Shown: positions 20,385 to 29,051 of the stretch, in pieces | How positions within the stretch are numbered: the stretch's first letter is position 1 | Layout: the number at the start of each line of letters is the position of its first letter | Assembly: GCA_964555645.1 (NCBI GenBank) | Contig: CAZKTA010000001.1 | Coordinates: 282,263 to 346,262 of the forward strand | DNA from: an uncultured Verrucomicrobiota bacterium | GTDB lineage: Bacteria > Verrucomicrobiota > Verrucomicrobiia > Limisphaerales > DTLC01 | Direction of reading: 5' to 3' | Length of the DNA stretch: 64,000 bases | Translations under genes and position numbers: made by a program | The notes under the pieces: generated by a model | What the model was told of the DNA's origin: nothing | The model's database searches: none | What the model saw: the letters and a program-made list of their open reading frames with translations, nothing else

Positions 20385-21451
20385 AAGATCAGCATTGCGT
20401 CGCCGTAACTGTAAAACCTGTACCGAAGTTTGATTGCTTCTTGGTACGCCCGCAAAATTATGTCGCGCCCAGCCATTTGCCCGGGCGCAGCAAACGCACT
20501 TACCAGCATCAGCAGCGTCGAACGCGGCAGATGGAAATTTGTGACTAACCCGTCCACAATCTTGAACGTGAATGGCGGGTAAATAAAAAGTGATGTCCTA
20601 CCTGTTCCAGCTACAAGTGCGCCCCCGGTTTCACAGGCGACACTCTCAAGCACACGAACTGTGCTTGTGCCGACTGCTATGACGCGCCGGCCTGCTTTTT
20701 TTGCTTCGTTAATCGCAGCGGCAGTTTCGGCGCTCAGTTCATACCGTTCTTCATGCATTTGATGTGCTTTGACTTCGGTCGCACGCACAGGTGCGAATGT
20801 GCCGAGACCAATGTGCAGCGTGACAAAAAGCACCTGAACACCTTTTCCTTTTATTTGGGCAAGCAACGTTTCCGTAAGGTGAAACCCTGCTGTTGGGGCA
20901 GCTACTGAGCCGGGAACACGCGCGTACACTGTCTGATAACGAGACCGATCGTCCGGCAAACTTTTGGTCCGCGCACGTCTGATGTACGGAGGTAGCGGGA
21001 CATCCCCCAATCTGTCTAGTACATTTACAATGTTGGTCACGTCTATGAATTGAACATGGCATTGGCCAGCCTCTTGTCTTGCGACGACCTGGGCGGTTAC
21101 CTCCAGACCGGCGCTGTCAGTCAGGGTTATTTTTGTGCCCGGACGCGCTCTTTTAGCTGGTCGGACCAGCGCCCGCCATAGGTTGCGTTCGAGTTCTTCC
21201 AGCAGCAAGATTTCCATTTTTGCACCTGATTTTGTCGTGTACCCCCGCAGTCGGGCTGGAATTACACGTGAGTCGTTCAGAACAAGCAGATCCCCAGGTC
21301 TAAGGTAATTCAAAATGTCACGAAACACGCGATGCTCGATCAATCCTGTGGGCCGGTGCAAAACAAGCAGACGGGATTCATCGCGCTGCGGCGCCGGCGC
21401 CTGCGCAATTAGTTCTTCCGGAAGGTTATAGTCAAACTCTGCCGTTTGCAT
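20381..21451 (-). CDS. queA: S-adenosylmethionine:tRNA ribosyltransferase-isomerase
   Basis: MQTAEFDYNLPEELIAQ N-terminus and the C-terminal RFYSYGDAMLI pattern. The start is at an internal ATG of ORF 20381..21478. Confidence 0.9.
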   Translation of the reverse strand: MQTAEFDYNLPEELIAQAPAPQRDESRLLVLHRPTGLIEHRVFRDILNYLRPGDLLVLNDSRVIPARLRGYTTKSGAKMEILLLEELERNLWRALVRPAKRARPGTKITLTDSAGLEVTAQVVARQEAGQCHVQFIDVTNIVNVLDRLGDVPLPPYIRRARTKSLPDDRSRYQTVYARVPGSVAAPTAGFHLTETLLAQIKGKGVQVLFVTLHIGLGTFAPVRATEVKAHQMHEERYELSAETAAAINEAKKAGRRVIAVGTSTVRVLESVACETGGALVAGTGRTSLFIYPPFTFKIVDGLVTNFHLPRSTLLMLVSAFAAPGQMAGRDIILRAYQEAIKLRYRFYSYGDAMLIL

Positions 21452-21683
21452 ACGTACGCGTATCTTAACAAGTTGCAAAACAAACCTGTAACAGTTTCGA
21501 GTTATTCCGGACGGTCTGGCCTTTGCTTTTAGATGAAGGATTGTACGACTGGCAAGCCGGCAGAAAGCGGGCTGCCAAATATCAAGTGGTTCGGTGTTTT
21601 TAGGTTAGTTGTTCGAGGCGCCGTGGTTGGACTGCCTACCGGGGCTGTGAACAAATTGTGAACAATTTTTCCTTAAAAAAGTA

Positions 21684-21712
21684 TTGACGCTTGTGAGGCA
21701 TTGTGTATTAAT
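21684..21712 (+). promoter_or_regulatory. candidate sigma70-type promoter of the dcw cluster
   Basis: TTGACG (21684-21689), a 16-17-nt spacer, then TATTAA/ATTAAT (21706-21712), about 55 nt upstream of the mraZ ATG. Confidence 0.4.
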
Positions 21713-21730
21713 GTGTCGCGTTGTGTGCCA
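21691..21730 (+). promoter_or_regulatory. four 10-bp-phased (T/A)TGTG direct repeats; candidate MraZ operator
   Basis: Consecutive decamers TTGTGAGGCA / TTGTGTATTA / ATGTGTCGCG / TTGTGTGCCA overlap the -10 region. Further TGTGA copies sit at 21646, 21657 and 21736. Confidence 0.45.
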
Positions 21731-21767
21731 ATATGTTGTGAAAAATAGTTGGTAATGGGCGTTTGGG

Positions 21768-22229
21768 ATGAAAGAGGTTGGCGAGCCAAAATTGATTTAC
21801 AACGGGTTTTTCCAGCATGGCGTGGACGCAAAGCGGCGTGTGCAAGTGCCTGCCAAGTGGCGGCCCAAAAAACCCGGTGCGCAATTTACGGTGATTCTCT
21901 GGCCCAAATACGCGGTTGGCAAATGCTTGCGTGTGTTGCCTGAAGAACGAATGGCGAAGTTGATGGCTGAGATCGAGCAAATCCCAAATTCAGACCCGAA
22001 CAAGACGGTGCTCATGCGGATAATTGGCACGCAATCTGTCCAAGTGAATTTGGACAAGGGCGGTCGGATTTGTTTGCCGGAGGAAATGGCGAGCGAGGCG
22101 GGCATCAGTGACAAAGCGGCATTGGTGGGTTTGCTAGACCAATTCGAGATTTGGGCCCCGGAGCGGTACGCGCAGATCGAAATGATGGACAAGCAAATGG
22201 CACCCGATGCCTTCAAGATATTGCCGTGA
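21768..22229 (+). CDS. mraZ: transcriptional regulator MraZ
   Basis: Two SpoVT/AbrB-like halves: GVDAKRRVQVPAKWR and LDKGGRICLPEEM. It is the first gene of the dcw cluster. Confidence 0.9.
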   Translation: MKEVGEPKLIYNGFFQHGVDAKRRVQVPAKWRPKKPGAQFTVILWPKYAVGKCLRVLPEERMAKLMAEIEQIPNSDPNKTVLMRIIGTQSVQVNLDKGGRICLPEEMASEAGISDKAALVGLLDQFEIWAPERYAQIEMMDKQMAPDAFKILP

Positions 22230-22231
22230 TT

Positions 22232-22810
22232 ATGAGCTTGGTCAAATTACTTGCGATTGGCAAAAGTTTGATCTCGATAAAGGACAAACCAAACCATTAT
22301 CGGATGGTGCGTTGGGGTTGGCCGGTGAAATTTTTTTCGCCGGCAAACCCGTTTGCGGTGGCATCAGAGCCAACCACTCCGACAGACAATGTCCGGGCCA
22401 GGGAAAGTGCGAACGCCCAAAATCAGCCACCTGCTACGGTGCATAAAGAAACTCAATCGGCAGGTGCTGACGACTCGATGTCGAAGTCGGCTGGGCCGGT
22501 GACGAAAGCTGCGTCGAAGTTTCTGGGTGCATTGAGTCTGTTACCGTCTAAGTCGCATTTGAAATTACATCGAGGTGCGCACCTGCGGATGCAACAGCCG
22601 GTTCAATGCGAGCTTTCGTTAGAGACGGTAAAGGTTGTCCGGAACGACCTTAGTGAAACAGACCTTGAGGTTGTCCCGATACGGTGTGCGCCTGCGAAAT
22701 CGCTGGCCAAAGTTGATGCTGCAATTGCGGCGCGGACATTAACGGGTGCAGATGGGCCGGGCGAAACGTGCGAAACAGCCAGGTCTGGTGAGCTTATAAG
22801 GCCGGCATGA
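22232..22810 (+). CDS. hypothetical protein inserted between mraZ and rsmH
   Basis: The ATG lies 3 nt after the mraZ stop. The protein is 192 aa: N-terminus MSLVKLLAIGKSLISIKDKPNHYRM, a long low-complexity middle, and C-terminal LSLETVKVVRNDLSETDLEVVP. I did not recognise any family. Confidence 0.5.
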   Translation: MSLVKLLAIGKSLISIKDKPNHYRMVRWGWPVKFFSPANPFAVASEPTTPTDNVRARESANAQNQPPATVHKETQSAGADDSMSKSAGPVTKAASKFLGALSLLPSKSHLKLHRGAHLRMQQPVQCELSLETVKVVRNDLSETDLEVVPIRCAPAKSLAKVDAAIAARTLTGADGPGETCETARSGELIRPA

Positions 22811-22822
22811 TGGCCATGGCGT

Positions 22823-23758
22823 GTGTTGGGCTACTTTCATAAGCCGGTGATGTTGGCCGAGGTACTGGCCGCTATAAGGCCGAGGTCGGGCGGTTGCTAT
22901 GCCGATGCCACGGTTGGTGGAGGGGGGCACGCAGCGGCGATTTTGGCTGCCAGCGCGCCTGATGGATGGTTGTACGGGTGCGATCGTGATGGCGCAGCTA
23001 TCGAGGCTGCAAAGGAACGGCTGGCTGAATTTACCGGTAGATTCGAGCTTAGACAGGCGAACTTTGCGAGTATGGCGGATTGGATACCGGCGAATAGCTG
23101 CGACGCTGTACTGTTCGATCTAGGGCCAAGCTCGGCGCAACTGGATAATGGTCAGCGCGGCTTCAGTTTTGCGCATGACGGCCCATTGGACATGCGGTTT
23201 GATATCAAGCAAGCGCTGACGGCGGCGGACCTTGTGAACAACGCAACCGAAGTAGAGCTTGAGACGATTTTTCGTGAGTTCGGAGGCGAACAGAAAGCGC
23301 GAAAGTTTGCCCGCGCAATTGTACGTGAGCGGCAGTTGATTCCGGCCGGATTTCAGAGCACGCGGCAATTGGCGATGTTGATCGAGCGGCTCGTGCCACG
23401 CGCCGGCAGGCGGATACATCCGGCGACGAAGGTTTTTCTTGCGTTGCGCATAGCTGTGAACGACGAAGTTGGCTCTTTAAAACGCGGGCTTGAGGCCGCA
23501 TTGAAAATCCTGAAGCGGGGCGGCCGCCTGGCCGTAATCACGTTTCATTCACTCGAGGACCGGGTTGTGAAGGAGTTTGCGCGCGCCCGGGCGCACGGTT
23601 GTTTGGGTTTCGGTGCAACCGATGCGGCGGGGGTTGGCATGCCGGGCGCGCCCTGCTTATGTTGGATTGAGCGCAAGCCGGTCCGTCCAACTGAAGCTGA
23701 GGTGTTGGATAACCCGCGCAGCCGAAGCGCGAAACTGCGCATCTTTGAGAAGGTGTAA
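22823..23758 (+). CDS. rsmH: 16S rRNA (cytosine1402-N4)-methyltransferase
   Basis: HKPVMLAEVL, DATVGGGGHA and FHSLEDRVVK motifs. Confidence 0.9.
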   Translation: MLGYFHKPVMLAEVLAAIRPRSGGCYADATVGGGGHAAAILAASAPDGWLYGCDRDGAAIEAAKERLAEFTGRFELRQANFASMADWIPANSCDAVLFDLGPSSAQLDNGQRGFSFAHDGPLDMRFDIKQALTAADLVNNATEVELETIFREFGGEQKARKFARAIVRERQLIPAGFQSTRQLAMLIERLVPRAGRRIHPATKVFLALRIAVNDEVGSLKRGLEAALKILKRGGRLAVITFHSLEDRVVKEFARARAHGCLGFGATDAAGVGMPGAPCLCWIERKPVRPTEAEVLDNPRSRSAKLRIFEKV

Positions 23759-24148
23759 ATGGCACGCAACAGGAAATACAACTCTGGTACGCCGAGCATA
23801 ACGGACTTGTTTAGGTTGGTTGTGTTATTGGTCTTGGTGGGCGTGATGGTTGGGGTGGGATACGTGTGGCAGAAAAGCCAGATTTATCAACTCGGACAGC
23901 AGATTAAAAAACGCGAGCTGTACCTGGCAGAGTTGCGATACGAGAACGAAAAGCTTCGGCAGCAGCTGGCCACGTTGCAGTCGCCGACCGTTCTAGAGGC
24001 GCGCGTGCGCGAGCTTAACCTTGGTCTGGTGCCAGTGAGTGCGCAGCACGAGGTTTTTACTTTGATCGAGCCGCAGCCTGAACCTTTGGTGGTTGAACCC
24101 GGGCGCGAGTATGCGGCTCGGCAATTGAGGGTTGCGGTGGTGGAGTGA
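23759..24148 (+). CDS. ftsL: cell division protein FtsL-like (bitopic, coiled coil)
   Basis: Single TM (LFRLVVLLVLVGVMVGVGYVW) followed by a leucine-zipper-like segment; sits between rsmH and ftsI. Confidence 0.6.
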   Translation: MARNRKYNSGTPSITDLFRLVVLLVLVGVMVGVGYVWQKSQIYQLGQQIKKRELYLAELRYENEKLRQQLATLQSPTVLEARVRELNLGLVPVSAQHEVFTLIEPQPEPLVVEPGREYAARQLRVAVVE

Positions 24149-24170
24149 AAGCGGGCGTTTGAAAGTTTTG

Positions 24171-24222
24171 GCCGCCGCCCGCGTTGCCGTCGGAGAGGGA
24201 CCGATGGCCGCGGGCGGTCGGC
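24171..24222 (+). other. GC-rich intra-operon hairpin between ftsL and ftsI
   Basis: CCGCCCGCG (24175-24183) pairs with CGCGGGCGG (24209-24217). It can be extended by GCCG/CGGC with one bulge. Confidence 0.35.
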
Positions 24223-24236
24223 AAAAGGTTTGGTAG

Positions 24237-26162
24237 ATGGCAAAAAAAATCCAACTTCGCCGGTTATGGATCATGGCAATCTTGCTGTTTGCCGGGTTTA
24301 TCGGGCTTGGGTACCGGCTGGTTGATCTGCAAGTTTTCCAACATGAACAGCTAAGTTCCATTGCAGAAGAACGACGCCGGCTTAACTTGGTGCGTGAACC
24401 GCGCCGCGGCCAGATCTACGATGTCAGAAGCAATCTTTTGGCCACGAGCACTTTTGTTAAAACGGTTTGTGCCGACCCTGTTTTGGTAGGTAACCAACAG
24501 GCGCTTGTTGCGCGCACACTTGCACCGTTGCTGGAGATTGATCAGGAAGAAATTTACAGGCGGCTTTTCCCGCGCGTGCGGCGCACCGACTCAGGTGAAA
24601 TCGTTACAAACAGGTATGTCGTGCTCAAGCGCAAGGTGCCGGCTGAAACATGGCAGAAGATTTATGAAGCAATGGCAAACCTGCCTTCTGGTCGCGATGA
24701 AAAAGCCTTTACGCGGGCAGAAAGAGTTTTCTGGCGCGGCCTACGGCAGAGGGCGATTTTTGCCGACCCAGTTGATGATCAGCTTCGGGTGTATCCGAAC
24801 CGCTCGTTGCTGGCGCACGTGCTCGGGTACGTCGGCATGCAGGAACGTGACTTCGGCGGTAAACGCCTTATTGAAACGTACGGTCTGGACGGGATCGAGC
24901 TGGCGTTGAACAACCAACTCGCCGGCGTACCGGGGTGGCGTGTGACGGCTAGAGACCCGCGCCGACGCGAGATAGTAGGCTTGCGTCAGCAAGATGTCGA
25001 GCCGCATGATGGTCTGGACGTAGTGTTGACAATTGACCTTGTGCTACAACACACGGTGCGTTCTGCGCTGGTCGAGGCGGTTGCCAAACACCAGCCAGTC
25101 AGTGCAAGTTGTGTGGTTGTCAGGCCGCAAACTGGCGAGGTTCTTGCCATGTGCGTGTTGCCGGATTTCGATCCGAATGAGCCCGGCAGTGCACCTATTG
25201 AAGCGCGTCGGAACCGGCTGATTTGCGATGTGTTCGAACCCGGCTCGACCTTTAAGATAATAGTCGTATCTGCGGCATTGAATGACGGGGTTGTGAGTTT
25301 GACCGACACATTCCATTGTGAAAACGGCAGGTTCGCCTATGCAGGTAAGATACTGCGTGACCATGAGCCGTACGGTGTGTTGACTGTGGAAGAGATCATC
25401 ACCAAATCGTCAAACATCGGTGCAGCCAAGGTGGGGCTTAAACTCGGTGCACCTGCATTGCACAAGTATATAACTGAGTTTGGCTTTGGCACGCGCACCG
25501 GCATTCCGCTTCCGGGTGAAGTTTCCGGCATTGTGCATCCGTTGAAGGATTGGACAAAGCTCTCGATTACAAGGATCCCAATGGGCCATGAGGTTGCTGT
25601 TACACCATTGCAGATGGTCATGGCCATGTGCGCAATAGCAAACGGCGGTTGGCTGATGCGCCCGATGCTCATTGACAGGCTTCAGGATACCGAGGGCCAT
25701 ACCGTAGTGAAATTTCAGCCACAACCCATTAGACAGGTGATAGCCGAGAACACAGCCAAACAAATGGTTCAGGCGCTCAAAACTGTCACCACACCTGAAG
25801 GCACTGGCGCAAAGGCCGCCCTGGAAAACTATACTGTGGCAGGTAAAACCGGCACGGCACAGAAAACAGCCCCAGGTGTGCGCGGGTATGTGCCCGGGAA
25901 ATATTTTTCATCGTTTATCGGGTTTTTCCCCGCAGACAGACCCGAAGTTTGCATCGGTGTGTTTTTGGATGAGCCCAAGAACGGCTATTACGGTGGCCAG
26001 GTCGCTGCCCCGGTTTTCAAGCAAATCGCAACGCGGATCGCGCAATACCTAAACATTCAGCCCGATGTCGTGCAGCAGTCGCCGGTAGGCCACGCTGAAG
26101 GAAAACTCAGCGCAGGCAGGGCAGGGCGTGGTGCTGGACGTGGTAACGGACCGAAAGATTAA
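24237..26162 (+). CDS. ftsI: peptidoglycan D,D-transpeptidase FtsI (class B PBP)
   Basis: N-terminal TM and the transpeptidase motifs STFK, SSN and KTGT. Confidence 0.9.
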   Translation: MAKKIQLRRLWIMAILLFAGFIGLGYRLVDLQVFQHEQLSSIAEERRRLNLVREPRRGQIYDVRSNLLATSTFVKTVCADPVLVGNQQALVARTLAPLLEIDQEEIYRRLFPRVRRTDSGEIVTNRYVVLKRKVPAETWQKIYEAMANLPSGRDEKAFTRAERVFWRGLRQRAIFADPVDDQLRVYPNRSLLAHVLGYVGMQERDFGGKRLIETYGLDGIELALNNQLAGVPGWRVTARDPRRREIVGLRQQDVEPHDGLDVVLTIDLVLQHTVRSALVEAVAKHQPVSASCVVVRPQTGEVLAMCVLPDFDPNEPGSAPIEARRNRLICDVFEPGSTFKIIVVSAALNDGVVSLTDTFHCENGRFAYAGKILRDHEPYGVLTVEEIITKSSNIGAAKVGLKLGAPALHKYITEFGFGTRTGIPLPGEVSGIVHPLKDWTKLSITRIPMGHEVAVTPLQMVMAMCAIANGGWLMRPMLIDRLQDTEGHTVVKFQPQPIRQVIAENTAKQMVQALKTVTTPEGTGAKAALENYTVAGKTGTAQKTAPGVRGYVPGKYFSSFIGFFPADRPEVCIGVFLDEPKNGYYGGQVAAPVFKQIATRIAQYLNIQPDVVQQSPVGHAEGKLSAGRAGRGAGRGNGPKD

Positions 26163-26213
26163 GATGAAAAACCGAGACAATAGGTTTGGGTCGCAAAACG
26201 CACAGACCCGGCG

Positions 26214-27647
26214 TTGCCGAGGAGGGATAGTTCTGTGGAAAAGCGAACGATAAAGTTTGTTGTTGAGGCGTGTGGTGGTGAGCTTGTGTGGGGGACGGCT
26301 GACACGGTTTATAACCGTGTGTGTACCGACTCACGCCAAGTACGTGCTGGCGACCTGTTTTTTGCGATCAAGGGTGAACATTTTGACGGGCATGACTTCG
26401 TAAAGGAAGCTACACGACGCGGCGCGGTGGGGGCGGTAGTCAACCGCCAATTTACACGGGACGGTTTACGTAAAAATTGTGCGCTTGTCGTAGTTGACGA
26501 TACGCGAAATGCACTTGGTCAATTGGCGGCAAAGCACCGTGCTGATCTTGATGTGATGGCTGTTGCCGTTTGTGGGTCGAACGGCAAAACAACTGTTAAA
26601 GAAATGATTGCAGCTGTGCTGCGCCAGCAGTTCAGCACACACTGGAGCCAGGCAAGCTACAACAATGACATAGGCGTACCGCTGACGTTGCTCGGATTAA
26701 CAGCTGCACACGAGGTGCTTGTAGCGGAGGCTGGCACAAATCATCCGGGTGAGCTGGCGCCGCTGCTGCGGATGATCCGGCCGCGTTACGGTGTGCTTAC
26801 CAACATCGGGCGTGAACACATGGAATTTTTTGGTGATCTGGCGGCAGTTGCCCAAGAAGAAGGTTGGTTGGCAGAGTTGTTGCCCGCAGACGGTTTGTTC
26901 GTCATAGACGGTGACGGCGAATGGGCAGACTACTTGCTCGGACGGACCCGTGCGCGCGTGGTAAAGGTTGGGCTGTCAGACAAAAACAATTGGCGTGCAA
27001 CTGACATTCAAGTTGATGTACAGGGCGTAAGTTTCAACGTGATTGCGCCCAATAAAGATTACTGTGGACAGTATCGGGTCAATTTGCTCGGGCGTCATCA
27101 GGCTGTGAATGCTCTGTTTGCGATCGTGGTCGGTGAGGAACTAGGGCTAGGCCGCGCTCTGATCCAGCGCGGCCTGGCCGAATGCAAACCGGCGCCGATG
27201 CGTCTCGAGCTGTCAGAACGACGGGGCATTTGGATTCTGAACGATTCATACAACGCAAACGCAGAATCTATGGCTGCCGCGTTGCGTACATTGGCTGAAC
27301 TGCCGTGCGCAGGCAGGCGCGTGGCTGTTTTGGGTGACATGGCTGAGCAGGGTGATTACAGTCTGGCTGTGCATGCTGAGGTCGGTCGGCTTGCAGCCAA
27401 ACTTGGCATTGGCCAATTGTTTGCCATAGGCAAAATGTCGGCTGTCACAGCACGGGCCGCACGTGAAGCCGGACTGGCTCGCGTGATGGATTTTGCTGAT
27501 CTCGAGACCGCAGCCTGTGCGGTGCGAAAATTCGTTAAACCGGGCGACCTGGTGCTTTTGAAGGCGTCGCGTGCAGCCAGATTCGAGCGGTTGGCTGAGG
27601 CACTCTATGCTTCGGAATCCAAAAAGGCAGAATGTTGTTTTATCTGA
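26214..27647 (+). CDS. murF: UDP-N-acetylmuramoyl-tripeptide--D-alanyl-D-alanine ligase
   Basis: TDSRQVRAGDLFFAIKGEHFDGHDF, VCGSNGKTTVKEM and LNDSYNANAESM are MurF-type rather than MurE-type. Confidence 0.85.
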   Translation: MPRRDSSVEKRTIKFVVEACGGELVWGTADTVYNRVCTDSRQVRAGDLFFAIKGEHFDGHDFVKEATRRGAVGAVVNRQFTRDGLRKNCALVVVDDTRNALGQLAAKHRADLDVMAVAVCGSNGKTTVKEMIAAVLRQQFSTHWSQASYNNDIGVPLTLLGLTAAHEVLVAEAGTNHPGELAPLLRMIRPRYGVLTNIGREHMEFFGDLAAVAQEEGWLAELLPADGLFVIDGDGEWADYLLGRTRARVVKVGLSDKNNWRATDIQVDVQGVSFNVIAPNKDYCGQYRVNLLGRHQAVNALFAIVVGEELGLGRALIQRGLAECKPAPMRLELSERRGIWILNDSYNANAESMAAALRTLAELPCAGRRVAVLGDMAEQGDYSLAVHAEVGRLAAKLGIGQLFAIGKMSAVTARAAREAGLARVMDFADLETAACAVRKFVKPGDLVLLKASRAARFERLAEALYASESKKAECCFI

Positions 27648-28777
27648 GCCAGTTTATTTTGGAAGAATGCAAGGGAACAATCTGGGCAGACTGGTTATCG
27701 CCGCTGCGATTGTTCCGTTACATTACGGTGCGCAGCGCAGGTGCGGCTATAACTGCGCTTGTGCTCAGTTGGTGGCTCGGCCCGAAAATGATTGCGTGGC
27801 TGAAATATCACTTCGGCCAGAATTACCTCGACCGCGCGGAGGCTCAGGGGGATTTAAAGCGGCCAACCACGGCAAAGCTCGGCACGCCGACCATGGGCGG
27901 GTTGCTGATCATTTTGACGTTGAATTTTTCAACCTTGGTTTGGGCGCAATGGAACACGCTGGTGCAACTTACACTGTTGTCAGTGGTTGTTTTGACCGGG
28001 TTGGGGTTTTACGACGATTACCAGAAGGTCGTTCGGGCAAACCCGAGCGGTGTAACTACCCTGGTCAAACTCAGCGTGCAAACTCTGCTGGCGCTGTTTA
28101 TTGGATTGTATCTTTGGCTTGTGCCAGCCACAAGCAAGCTTGTGGCGGACATTATGGTGCCGTTTTACAAGTACCCGCTTGCGACTGGTGTTGCTGCAAT
28201 CGGCATCCTAATCACCGTGGTGGCAATTGTGGGCAGTTCAAACGCAGTGAACCTAACCGATGGATTGGACGGGCTTGCAATCGGATGCACAACAATAGTC
28301 GCATTTGCATTTCTTGCGATGACCTACTTGGCAGGGAATTTTCGCACCGCAATGTACCTGCAAATTCCATACGTACCAGGGGCGGGCGAGCTTACTGTGT
28401 TCTGCGCGGCCATGATCGGAGCTGGCATGGGCTTTTTGTGGTACAACTGTCATCCGGCGCAGGTGTTTATGGGCGACACCGGTTCACTTCCGCTGGGCGG
28501 CGCCCTTGGGATTATTGCGGTGCTGATTCACCAGCCGTTTGTGCTGCTGATTGCCGGTGGCGTGTTCGTCTTGGAAGCAGTATCGGTCATCATTCAGGTA
28601 GGCTACTTCAAATATACCAAGGCACGGTACGGAGTTGGCAGACGCGTGTTTCTGATGTCGCCGTTACACCATCATTTCGAGAAGAAAAACTGGCACGAAT
28701 CACAGGTTGTCACACGGTTTTACATCCTGTGCGTGCTGTTTGTGTTAATTGCACTCAGTACACTCAAGATCAGATGA
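27632..28777 (+). CDS. mraY: phospho-N-acetylmuramoyl-pentapeptide transferase
   Basis: GTPTMGG, NAVNLTDGLDGLA and PLHHHFE motifs. It overlaps the murF end by 16 nt. Confidence 0.95.
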   Translation: MLFYLSQFILEECKGTIWADWLSPLRLFRYITVRSAGAAITALVLSWWLGPKMIAWLKYHFGQNYLDRAEAQGDLKRPTTAKLGTPTMGGLLIILTLNFSTLVWAQWNTLVQLTLLSVVVLTGLGFYDDYQKVVRANPSGVTTLVKLSVQTLLALFIGLYLWLVPATSKLVADIMVPFYKYPLATGVAAIGILITVVAIVGSSNAVNLTDGLDGLAIGCTTIVAFAFLAMTYLAGNFRTAMYLQIPYVPGAGELTVFCAAMIGAGMGFLWYNCHPAQVFMGDTGSLPLGGALGIIAVLIHQPFVLLIAGGVFVLEAVSVIIQVGYFKYTKARYGVGRRVFLMSPLHHHFEKKNWHESQVVTRFYILCVLFVLIALSTLKIR

Positions 28778-29051
28778 GGCTTGATAGTGTCAGTTTTGTG
28801 CCGTTGGCGGTACAAACCAGCTTTGGTACGGCTGGGTTTTGCGGCCGAATTAGCCGGTTACCGACCGCAATTTGTAGTAGTGACATTGACTTTGACGCCA
28901 ATTAGTATGGCGTCGTTGGCTTTGAACAACAAAATGTTGGTGTTTGCAAAAGACCAATTTGCGCCGGAGTTTCTTGAGGGGAAACCCCGCCGCAATAGAC
29001 GTTAAAAAATCAATTCCTCGAGAAAGAAATTTAACAACAAAATCAAGTGTT

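Noticed and set aside
27571-28905. 444-aa plus-strand ORF overlapping mraY in another frame
   Set aside because: mraY motifs (NAVNLTDGLDGLA, PLHHHFE) are unambiguous in the other frame. The long ORF is R/G/C/A-rich with no recognisable domain, so it is a frame artefact.
28778-29051. Possible murD remnant in the 274-nt gap after mraY (includes ORF 28781..29005)
   Set aside because: Three-frame reading shows no GxGxxG Rossmann start or Mur-ligase motif. The 74-aa ORF has no recognisable features. There is only a small hairpin, GACGCCA-N7-TGGCGTC.
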